Assembly (NCBI GenBank): GCA_001795615.1
Contig: MGKI01000008.1
Location: 1 to 53,519, forward strand
DNA length: 53,519 bases
Reading direction: 5' to 3'
Source: Candidatus Yanofskybacteria bacterium RIFCSPLOWO2_01_FULL_42_49
GTDB lineage: Bacteria; Patescibacteriota; Minisyncoccia; 2-02-FULL-40-12; GWA2-44-9
This document shows, piece by piece, positions 32,264 to 39,659 of the stretch. Both the position numbers and the translations under genes were made by a program. Within the stretch, counting starts at the first letter, position 1, and every line of letters starts with the position of its first letter. The notes under the pieces are model-generated. The model was not told the origin of the DNA. It made no database searches and was given only the letters and a program-made list of their open reading frames with translations.

Positions 32264-33315
32264 ATTTTAACTCCCATGATTTTCAAAATAAAAAGAAGCG
32301 AAAATGGGGTCGCTTTTTTTTGCTTGCCGGATTTTTAGCCGTAAGCTATATAATTTTTAACACGGCTCTATTTAATAAAGAATTTGAAATAAAAAACGAA
32401 TTCGCCGAAGAAGATAAGTTTGAAGCGGCCTGGCTCAAGAAATTTGCCGGTTTATTGTTCTTCAATCAAAACCACGCCGAAGAAATAGACAAGAACTACA
32501 TCATGCCAGAAAAAGAGCCAAACCGACTGGACATACTGATCCTCGGCATAAGGGGAGAAGGCGACGAGAACGCTGAAGAAGGCGGAGCATTGCTTACCGA
32601 TACAATGATGGTGTTTAGCCATGACCAACTTACCAAAAAATCTTCTCTAGTTTCAATCCCCCGGGATTTCTATGTCAAAATAGGCTCAAATAAAAATAAA
32701 ATAAACTCCGCTTACGAATACGGACTTCTGAGAAAAGAAGGGGCTGATTACGCAAAGAAATTAGTATCTCAAATAACAGGCGTTTATATAGATAACGCCG
32801 TCGTGGTAGATTTCTCTTCGTTTGAAAAATTAATAGACCAGCTCAGAGGCATAGATATAACTCTGACCAAATCATTCCGCGAAGAAGGCCAGTGGGGATA
32901 TGCTTTTGAACTGCCGGCAGGCGAAAACCACCTGAACGGACAAAATGCTTTGTATTATGTCCGCTCGAGATATTCGTCTAACGATTTTGACCGCGCATTC
33001 AGACAACAGCAGGTATTGTTCGCGATAAAAAACAAAGTAACAACCCTGCATTTGATTTCTGATCCTATAAAAATTCTATCCGTAATTAATACATTAAGCC
33101 AAAACATAAAAACCGACATCAACATCTGGGATGTGAAAGAAATAATTGATCTTGCCAAAGAAGTGGACACCTCGCCGGCCATGTTTAAGAAAGAAGTCTT
33201 GTCAACGGAAAACCTTCTCTACCAGTCAACTGGCCCTCAAGGAGCTTATATTCTATTGCCGCAAGGAGATAGTTTTGACCAAATCAAGCAGTTATTTCAA
33301 GAAATAATAAAATAA
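32251..33315 (+). CDS. LytR-CpsA-Psr (LCP) family protein
   Basis: An N-terminal TM segment, then LILGIRGEG...ALLTDTMMV...SIPRDFYV and Y.RSRY. Confidence 0.85.
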   Translation: MDQLDFNSHDFQNKKKRKWGRFFLLAGFLAVSYIIFNTALFNKEFEIKNEFAEEDKFEAAWLKKFAGLLFFNQNHAEEIDKNYIMPEKEPNRLDILILGIRGEGDENAEEGGALLTDTMMVFSHDQLTKKSSLVSIPRDFYVKIGSNKNKINSAYEYGLLRKEGADYAKKLVSQITGVYIDNAVVVDFSSFEKLIDQLRGIDITLTKSFREEGQWGYAFELPAGENHLNGQNALYYVRSRYSSNDFDRAFRQQQVLFAIKNKVTTLHLISDPIKILSVINTLSQNIKTDINIWDVKEIIDLAKEVDTSPAMFKKEVLSTENLLYQSTGPQGAYILLPQGDSFDQIKQLFQEIIK

Positions 33316-33435
33316 ATCTCTAATCTCAAAACCCTAATCTCTAAACAAATCCAAAAACCCAAATCTCAAAAACGTTTTGAATTTTGATATTTGAGATTAT
33401 TTAGAGATTAGAAATTAGAATTTAGAGATTAGAAT
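33314..33435. repeat. AT-rich palindromic 'word' element, family I copy 2
   Basis: The left arm aaatctctaatctcaaaaccctaatctctaaa is 30/31 identical to 12234-12264. The right arm is ...tttagagattagaaattagaatttagagattagaat. It fills the whole spacer from stop codon to start codon. Confidence 0.9.
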
Positions 33436-33436
33436 A

Positions 33437-34237
33437 GTGACTTCCATCATCATCGTCAACTACAAAAATCCGCCGTTATTGAGATTGTGTTTGTCGTCGT
33501 TAAAAAGAGCCCTCTCTGCTAACTTCAAACACGAGATATTGGTCGTTGATATTGCTTCTATTCCCGAAACAAGAAATGTGATCAAAGAATTTCCAGGGGT
33601 CAAAATAACAACATTCAAAGAAAACATCGGCTACACAAAAGGCGTTAATGAGGGGGTCAAGGCTTCATCTGGAGACTATATACTGATACTTAATCCCGAC
33701 ATCGTGCCCATGACAAAATCCATTGAGGGGCTTACTTCATACCTGGCAGCCAATACCAATATCGGCCTTGCCGGACCTCGACTCTTAAATTTTGACGGTT
33801 CGGTCCAAAATTCCGCCTTCCGATATTATACGCCCTTAACAGTACTCTGCCGGCGCAGTCCTTTAGGCCATACCCCTTTCGGTAAAAAAATATTGAACAA
33901 ATTCGTAATGGCAGATAAAAAATTAAACGCACCCTCGGAAGTTGAATGGCTGATGGGTTCTGCTATGCTGGCTTCTCGAAAGGCAATAGATAAGGTGGGA
34001 CTGATGGACGAAAATTTTTTTATGTACATGAGCGATGTTGACTGGGCAAGGCGGTTCTGGGAAAATGGATTCAAGGTGGCATATTATCCGTTTTCGGAAA
34101 TGTACCATTATCACAAGAGAAGTTCGAAAGGCCGCTTCGGTCCATTAGATATTTTCATGAATAAACAGAGCAGATTGCATTTAGTTGATGCGGTAAGATA
34201 CTTTAGGAAATACGGAATAAAAATTTCTAATACCTAA
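33437..34237 (+). CDS. Glycosyltransferase family 2
   Basis: GTG start. Contains TSIIIVNYKNPPLLRLCLSSL, ILVVD and GYTKGVNEG. Confidence 0.85.
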   Translation: MTSIIIVNYKNPPLLRLCLSSLKRALSANFKHEILVVDIASIPETRNVIKEFPGVKITTFKENIGYTKGVNEGVKASSGDYILILNPDIVPMTKSIEGLTSYLAANTNIGLAGPRLLNFDGSVQNSAFRYYTPLTVLCRRSPLGHTPFGKKILNKFVMADKKLNAPSEVEWLMGSAMLASRKAIDKVGLMDENFFMYMSDVDWARRFWENGFKVAYYPFSEMYHYHKRSSKGRFGPLDIFMNKQSRLHLVDAVRYFRKYGIKISNT

Positions 34238-34343
34238 TATCTAATTACTAATGAAATGTCTAATGCTCAAATGTCCAATTAGAGATTTGAAATTAAACAT
34301 TTAGAATTTTATTAGAAACTAGGAATTAGAAATTAGATATTTT
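34221..34343. repeat. AT-rich palindromic 'word' element, family II copy 1
   Basis: aaatttctaata...ctaattactaatgaaatgtctaat faces ...attagaaactaggaattagaaattagatatt. The left arm begins inside the last codons of the GT2 gene. It shares words with 42513-42630. Confidence 0.8.
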
Positions 34344-34359
34344 GGTTGTATTTTAAGCC

Positions 34360-35598
34360 ATGCTAACTATTTCAAAAAAACTTTTTATTCCGTTGTTGCT
34401 GGTCGTTTTGATTGTTGGTTTTGCCGGCGGTCTTTTCTTTGAACGCTTCAACGGAGTCGAGTCCAATCCGGTTAAAATATTACTCAACAAAGACCTCGGC
34501 CAGCCTGATTATGTCGACTTCTCTTTATTCTGGGACAATTGGAATTCTTTACATAACAAATATGTAGATCAGGAGAAATTAGACACCAAAAAACTCCTCT
34601 ACGGAGCGATACAGGGAATGGTAAACAGTGTCGGCGATCCGTACACGGTATTTTTTGAACCGCCGGAAAGTAAGAAATTCCAGGAAGAAATATCGGGCAG
34701 TTTTGGAGGAATAGGCATTGAAATCGGAAAAAGAAACGGCGCGCTTACGGTTATTGCGCCCATTAAAGATACGCCCGCCTTCAAGGCTGGTTTGCAGGCG
34801 GGAGACAAAATACTGCGCATAGACAGCAAGTCAACAACCGACTTGTCTATTGAAGAAGCGGTTAATCTGATAAGGGGCAAGAAGGGGACGCCTGTGGTTT
34901 TGACGATATCTTCCAACGGTTCGGACACCCGAGATGTTGAAATTGTGAGAGATACGATTAAAATACCGACCGTCGAGTGGCGGATAATAGAATCCGGCCA
35001 AAACAAAATAGCATACCTGCAAATATTTACCTTTAATCAGAATGTCGACTCTGAAGTTCAAAAAGCGGCGCAGGAAATATTAAAATCTGAAGCCAATAAA
35101 CTAATTGTGGATTTGAGGAACAACCCGGGCGGTTTGCTGGATTCGGCAATCAACATCGCCGGCTGGTTTTTGGACAAAGACCAGATCGTCACAGTGGAAG
35201 CGTTCAGAGACGGCTCAAGGAATGAATTTAAGAGCAGCGGTAACGGATCATTGAAAGTTTATCCGACAATCATTCTGATAAACAACGGCTCGGCGTCTGC
35301 TTCGGAAATTTTAGCCGGCGCGCTGCACGATAACAGAAAAATAAGACTAGTCGGAGAAAAGACATTCGGCAAGGGTTCGGTTCAGGAACTGGAAAAATTT
35401 AAAGACGGCTCATCGCTTAAGGTAACCGTGGCCAAGTGGCTCACTCCGAACGGAATATCCATTTCCGATACCGGGATTGAGCCTGACACGAAAGTTGAGC
35501 TTCCGAAAGAGAAAATCGATAAAGAAGAATTTGAATTTGAGTTGGGCAAAGAGGGCAAAGACCCACAGTTGGATAAAGCCCTTGAATTATTGGAATAA
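34360..35598 (+). CDS. ctpA: Carboxy-terminal processing protease (S41) with a PDZ domain
   Basis: FGGIGIEIG, PDZ (AGLQAGDKILRID), DLRNNPGG and NNGSASASEILAGAL. Confidence 0.9.
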   Translation: MLTISKKLFIPLLLVVLIVGFAGGLFFERFNGVESNPVKILLNKDLGQPDYVDFSLFWDNWNSLHNKYVDQEKLDTKKLLYGAIQGMVNSVGDPYTVFFEPPESKKFQEEISGSFGGIGIEIGKRNGALTVIAPIKDTPAFKAGLQAGDKILRIDSKSTTDLSIEEAVNLIRGKKGTPVVLTISSNGSDTRDVEIVRDTIKIPTVEWRIIESGQNKIAYLQIFTFNQNVDSEVQKAAQEILKSEANKLIVDLRNNPGGLLDSAINIAGWFLDKDQIVTVEAFRDGSRNEFKSSGNGSLKVYPTIILINNGSASASEILAGALHDNRKIRLVGEKTFGKGSVQELEKFKDGSSLKVTVAKWLTPNGISISDTGIEPDTKVELPKEKIDKEEFEFELGKEGKDPQLDKALELLE

Positions 35599-35648
35599 TT
35601 CAATATAATGCAAATCTACGAATTTATGCGAATGCAACGAATAGTTAT

Positions 35649-36137
35649 ATGAAAATTATTATACTTCAAAATATTAAAGGACTCGGACAGATAGGGGACA
35701 TTAAGAATGTCTCTGACGGTTATGCCAGAAATTTTTTGTTACCGAGAAAAATGGCTAAACTGGCAACTGAAGCTTCAATAAAAGAAGTTGACGCGTTAAA
35801 GAAAAAACTAGAAGTGGCTCAGAAGCTAGAGAAAGAAAATGCTTCAAAGGTAGCCGAACAATTGAAAGATGTCGTGTTGGAATTTACAAGGAAAGCGACC
35901 AAGACTGGCAAAATCTATTCGGCTGTTACCAAGGAGGATATCGCTGAAATACTGACCAAACAACTCTCCGCCGAAGGCGGGCCAGCCTTTGGCTGGAAGA
36001 TTGAACCAAACTCAGTTAATCTTGAGGGGCATGATGGAGGCCACATCAAACAGCTCGGTGAACATCTCGTCAAAATAGAACTCGCGCCAGACGTGGTTGC
36101 GGAGGTCAAGGTCAAAATTTCACAGGAAGAAAAATAA
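35649..36137 (+). CDS. rplI: Ribosomal protein L9
   Basis: MKIIILQNIKGLGQIGDIKNVSDGYARNFLLPRKMA. At 162 aa it is longer than usual because of an in-frame hairpin segment. Confidence 0.92.
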   Translation: MKIIILQNIKGLGQIGDIKNVSDGYARNFLLPRKMAKLATEASIKEVDALKKKLEVAQKLEKENASKVAEQLKDVVLEFTRKATKTGKIYSAVTKEDIAEILTKQLSAEGGPAFGWKIEPNSVNLEGHDGGHIKQLGEHLVKIELAPDVVAEVKVKISQEEK

Positions 36138-36157
36138 TTCCGCCTTCTTTTCGCTTC

Positions 36158-36306
36158 AGACTCTAGCCATCCTCGACACGCCTCCGGTTCCCCCGCGAGG
36201 GACCTCGGCTACTTTCGCCCAACCTTTTCTCGGGCAGTTAAACGATTATACTGCCCTCGACCGTGCAAAAGGTTGGATCTCTAGTGTCTCGTCATGACTA
36301 GAGTCT
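36158..36306 (+). ncRNA. Structured element 'A' (unknown class), homologous to 46599-46762
   Basis: Closing stem agactctag/ctagagtct, with inner helices cccaacctttt/aaaaggttgg and gggcagt/actgccc. The 118-nt core is about 80-85% identical to the reverse complement of 46621-46738, and differences are concentrated in paired positions. Stops occur in all frames shared by the two copies. Confidence 0.6.
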
Positions 36307-36781
36307 TAAGCTACCTTGCTTGGCGTTCGACAGAAACTTCTCTGAAAACCTGTCACTATTGGAATCCATCGCCAGCTGGCGGACCGGTTAAACCTCGTCC
36401 TCTTCCTCAACTCATCAAGTGATTCGAAGATAATAAGGCCTCGCTTCCTTGATGGCTTAGCTTGTACTTGTTGGCCAGCGAGAAGCCATCCCTATTTGAA
36501 TCACTATGACAAATAGATAGCAGTTGCAGATGAGCGACGCGATTTTTCTGGGAAACCGAGTCGGGGATGTCAGGTTCGGTCGAGCTCAGCTCGATCCGCA
36601 TGGCCTGACAGGGGTGACCCCGAGCGGTCAGAAAAATTAGGAGTGAATCGCAACTGCTCTATGAGGAGTCCGTGATGAAAATGAGGATGGCTTCGAACGA
36701 AAGATGAGGAATCGTGATGAGAAGACGACAAGGTCGAACAAAAATATATATCTTTTACGCTATTCATTGTATAATTAAATC
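36307..36781 (+). other. ORF-free, GC-enriched, highly self-complementary region (candidate ncRNA or long leader)
   Basis: No credible ORF. Hand count in 36541-36600 is 34/60 G+C. Nested long-range helices are agcagttgc/gcaactgct, atttttctg/cagaaaaat, tgtcagg/cctgaca and tcgagc/gctcga. Four tgaGGA/ttaGGA motifs lie in 36638-36712. Confidence 0.5.
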
Positions 36782-37696
36782 ATGCGAAAAGAATTCCAGA
36801 CAAACGGTTTGAGATGGATTCATATATCTAAGCCAACCGGGGAAGATGCTGAATTTGTAAATACGCTTTTCCCTTTTAACCCTTTCGTCATTGAGTCTAT
36901 CACCGCCCCGACCCTACATCCTTTGGTAGATGATTTTGACGATCATCTTTTTCTCATAATGCACTTCCCGATCATCTATAAGGACTGGCAGTCAAATGAA
37001 ACTGCCGAAGTTGATTTTCTTATAACTAAAAACTTGCTTATCACCGTTACTTATTCGGACTTTGAGCATATTGAACAAATCTTCGGCTTTCTTAACAGCA
37101 ACGAGAAATTAAAAAAACAAGTAACCCGCCACCATACCGGTTTTATGCTCCACCATATAATTGACTATATGTTTCAGAAACTCGTCAGCCATCTTGATTT
37201 TATGGAAGGGGAAATCACGGAAATCGAAGACAGGATTTTTGAAAAAAGAAATGTCAGGATGATAGAAGAAATTTCTCACATCCGAAGGGATATATTGGAT
37301 TTCAGGAGACCGCTTAAACCGCAGTCAGCCGTTCTCAAAATGTTTGCGGAAAAAGCTGAAAAGTTTTTCGGCAAACCGATGGCGCCGTACTTAACCGATA
37401 TAATCGTAACCGAAGACAGGATAATGAGCATCATCGATAACCAAAAAGAAACCGTCGACGCTCTTTACCAAACAAACGAGTCGCTGATGTCATCCAATAT
37501 TTCAAGCATCATTACCATCCTTACAATATTTTCAGCGGTCATAATGCCGCTTAATCTCATGGCATCTCTTTGGGGAATGAATCACCAGACCATGCCGTTG
37601 CGCGACGGACAGTTTGATTTTTGGATAATCATGGGGATTATGGCTATCATCGCAGTATCACTGCTTGTCCTGTTCAAGAAAAAAAGGTGGTTATAA
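36782..37696 (+). CDS. corA: CorA-family magnesium/cobalt transporter
   Basis: 304 aa. Two C-terminal TM segments and the LWGMNHQ (GMN) signature. Confidence 0.9.
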   Translation: MRKEFQTNGLRWIHISKPTGEDAEFVNTLFPFNPFVIESITAPTLHPLVDDFDDHLFLIMHFPIIYKDWQSNETAEVDFLITKNLLITVTYSDFEHIEQIFGFLNSNEKLKKQVTRHHTGFMLHHIIDYMFQKLVSHLDFMEGEITEIEDRIFEKRNVRMIEEISHIRRDILDFRRPLKPQSAVLKMFAEKAEKFFGKPMAPYLTDIIVTEDRIMSIIDNQKETVDALYQTNESLMSSNISSIITILTIFSAVIMPLNLMASLWGMNHQTMPLRDGQFDFWIIMGIMAIIAVSLLVLFKKKRWL

Positions 37697-37734
37697 CTTC
37701 ACAAAAATAGGAAAATAGGGTCTAAATTGAACTA

Positions 37735-37764
37735 TTGACAAGATGGTTTTTTTTATGTTATAAT
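37735..37764 (+). promoter_or_regulatory. Consensus sigma70-type promoter
   Basis: TTGACA-agatggttttttttatgt(18)-TATAAT, lying in AT-rich DNA just before the GC-rich island. Confidence 0.65.
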
Positions 37765-37931
37765 TAAAGGGTAGTTATGTTGACAACAGCTTTGCTGGGC
37801 CGGTCGTCGAGTCGAACTCGACTAATCGCATAGTGCGAGCCGGTTTAGCGAAGCACAGCCCCGGCCAGCTCAGCTGGCCCCGTAAACCCCGCAAAATGGC
37901 CAGGCCATCGCGGGGGACGAAGGAGACAGAA

Positions 37932-38366
37932 ATGCAGCGTTTTCAAATCGTTCGGCAGATCTCGGGCGAACGGAAGCAGATCGACGGCCGGCTAGTCGAC
38001 ACACTAATGGCCATCGTCCGATTCCCGGACAGTGACACGACCCGCCACCTCCAGCGGCACGACGGCCGCTGGACGGGTTGGAACTCGGACCGCGCTCGTC
38101 GTGAGCGCGCCGGGATTCTGGAAACACGCCAGAACTACGACGAAGCCGTCGCGGACGGCGAGTCGTTGGTCAGCAAGCTCGAGGCAAAGCTCGCCGATCT
38201 GAAAGGCAAGCGAGGCACCAAGGCCACAGCGGAGCGCAAGCGTCTCCGAGAACTGATCAAGGGCAACAAAGCGACGCTCGCGGTTCTCAAGACAGGACAA
38301 GCCCACGCCGTCGCGATCGCAGACAAGGTCGACGAGACCCACCCCGAAATCGTCGAGTTCGCGTAA
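37932..38366 (+). CDS. Orphan GC-rich protein, no recognisable family
   Basis: Start chosen at MQRFQIVRQ, preceded by the gaaggaga SD. 144 aa, basic and coiled-coil-like (LEAKLADLKGKRGTKATAERKRLRELIK). G+C is 42/60 in 37861-37920 and 35/60 in 38161-38220. Confidence 0.65.
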   Translation: MQRFQIVRQISGERKQIDGRLVDTLMAIVRFPDSDTTRHLQRHDGRWTGWNSDRARRERAGILETRQNYDEAVADGESLVSKLEAKLADLKGKRGTKATAERKRLRELIKGNKATLAVLKTGQAHAVAIADKVDETHPEIVEFA

Positions 38367-38423
38367 CCCATGAATTCGACCCCACCACACAAGACGCACC
38401 TGCCACAGGCAGAGCCAGCGCCG

Positions 38424-38452
38424 CCCCGACCACAAGTCGGGGTTCCTTTTTT
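38424..38452 (+). terminator. Rho-independent terminator of the GC-rich orphan gene
   Basis: ccccgac-cacaa-gtcgggg followed by ttcctttttt. Confidence 0.8.
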
Positions 38453-38462
38453 ATATCAAACT

Positions 38463-38487
38463 AAAACCCGCCTCTTCGGCGGGTTTT
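38463..38487. terminator. Hairpin at the 3' end of rpmA
   Basis: aaaacccgcc-tcttc-ggcgggtttt. It has A/T runs on both sides, so it could act in both directions. Confidence 0.75.
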
Positions 38488-38764
38488 AGTTTGCAACCAC
38501 ATTCACTATTTTTACTAATCGCCTCTGACCGTTGAAGAGTTTCTTTTTCTTGGTGGTAAATTTAACCTTGCCGACGACTACGGCATAGATAGTATAATCA
38601 TGGCCGAGACGAACGCCGTCTCCGGCGAGAAATTTAGAACCTCTTTGGCGGACGATAATATTGCCCGGTTTTGCAATTTGACCAGCGTATAATTTTACGC
38701 CAAGATATTTGGGTTGCGAATCTCTGCCTAATTGTGTACTGCCGATGGCTTTGGTATGTGCCAT
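38486..38764 (-). CDS. rpmA: Ribosomal protein L27
   Basis: [45 protein letters not shown]. Confidence 0.93.
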   Translation of the reverse strand: MAHTKAIGSTQLGRDSQPKYLGVKLYAGQIAKPGNIIVRQRGSKFLAGDGVRLGHDYTIYAVVVGKVKFTTKKKKLFNGQRRLVKIVNVVAN

Positions 38765-38853
38765 TTTTGCCTACGAGTGCAGCGAATAGCTGCAAACATG
38801 AGCATCTCGCCGAAGTCTGTAAGACGTAGGCGGACGCCAATGTTTTCATAATT

Positions 38854-39261
38854 ATGAAGTATACCCTATCAAAATTCCTCAACTTAATCAAGTCCCATCA
38901 GCACCATCTTTTTCTTGCCGCTTGTATCGGCTTAATTAGCATGATCAGCTATAACTTGGGTCAAATTAACTCACTAGAGAAAACACCCATCAGCATTAAA
39001 AATTCAGCGAACAACAAAGCTGAAATTTTTGATGCCGTAAACCCTAAGTCCCAAACTCTAAATTCTAAACAAACTCAAAACTCAAAACCTCAAACCCAAA
39101 AACTAGATACAAGGGTTGTTGTTTCTAAAAATTTCGATAAGTACCACTATTCTTGGTGCTCCGGCGGGAAAAGAATCAAACCGGAAAATCAGATATGGTT
39201 TAACTCCGCTCAAGAAGCAGAATCAAAAGGATATGTTTTGGCAGGGAATTGTGCTAAATAA
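38854..39261 (+). CDS. Membrane-anchored protein with a C-terminal YH..C...GY....C metal-binding-like motif
   Basis: 135 aa. One TM segment, the in-frame low-complexity segment NPKSQTLNSKQTQNSKPQTQK, and the C-terminus YHYSWCSGGKRIKPENQIWFNSAQEAESKGYVLAGNC. Confidence 0.6.
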   Translation: MKYTLSKFLNLIKSHQHHLFLAACIGLISMISYNLGQINSLEKTPISIKNSANNKAEIFDAVNPKSQTLNSKQTQNSKPQTQKLDTRVVVSKNFDKYHYSWCSGGKRIKPENQIWFNSAQEAESKGYVLAGNCAK

Positions 39262-39265
39262 GAAG

Positions 39266-39294
39266 TTGACATAAAACTAAGGCCGTGCTAACAT
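39266..39294 (+). promoter_or_regulatory. Sigma70-type promoter
   Basis: TTGACA-taaaactaaggccgtgc(17)-TAACAT. An aaaggaga SD lies before the ATG at 39332. Confidence 0.6.
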
Positions 39295-39331
39295 ATTGGC
39301 ACAGTTTTCGGTTCGTTGAAAAGGAGACAGA

Positions 39332-39556
39332 ATGTCAAAATTAGATAAAAAATACCTCAAGGAAGTGTGTAAACTTGGTGGAGGGACATTTGCTTGTAGT
39401 TATTTAGGGATGGAGGCCGGAGGAGCTGAGTGTCTAAAAGGCACTAGTTTCCAAAGAATAATTGACCAGAGACGCGCTGAAAAAAGCATGTGGGCTATGG
39501 GAGATAATTGTTCTGGTCATCCAGATTTCAAATTGACTCAAGAAACTATTAACTAA
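39332..39556 (+). CDS. Small Cys-containing hypothetical protein
   Basis: 74 aa with a good SD and its own promoter and terminator. Confidence 0.6.
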   Translation: MSKLDKKYLKEVCKLGGGTFACSYLGMEAGGAECLKGTSFQRIIDQRRAEKSMWAMGDNCSGHPDFKLTQETIN

Positions 39557-39572
39557 AAAATTCGATTACTTA

Positions 39573-39597
39573 GCGCGGCAACCCCGCGCATTTTTTT
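39573..39597 (+). terminator. Rho-independent terminator
   Basis: gcgcgg-caacc-ccgcgc followed by atttttttatt. Confidence 0.85.
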
Positions 39598-39659
39598 ATT
39601 TGACAAATTATAATTTTTAGCTTAAAATATATATTCTGTTATGTTTTAATATCTAGCCA

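Noticed and set aside
36138-36781. tmRNA, RNase P RNA, SRP RNA or M-box in the rplI-corA gap
   Set aside because: I looked for the following and found none:
- GGGG...GGAUUCGAC with a 3' T-arm/CCA partner (tmRNA)
- GAGGAAAGUCC / ACAGAA..CGGCUUA (RNase P)
- the GGAA-tetraloop helix 8 (SRP)
- M-box blocks

ggggatgtcaggttcgg resembles a tmRNA 5' end only superficially and has no matching 3' acceptor strand.
37833-38435. Longer start (37833) and three overlapping minus-strand ORFs in the GC-rich island
   Set aside because: High G+C suppresses stop codons in all frames. Only the frame starting at 37932 has an SD, a promoter at the right distance and a terminator.
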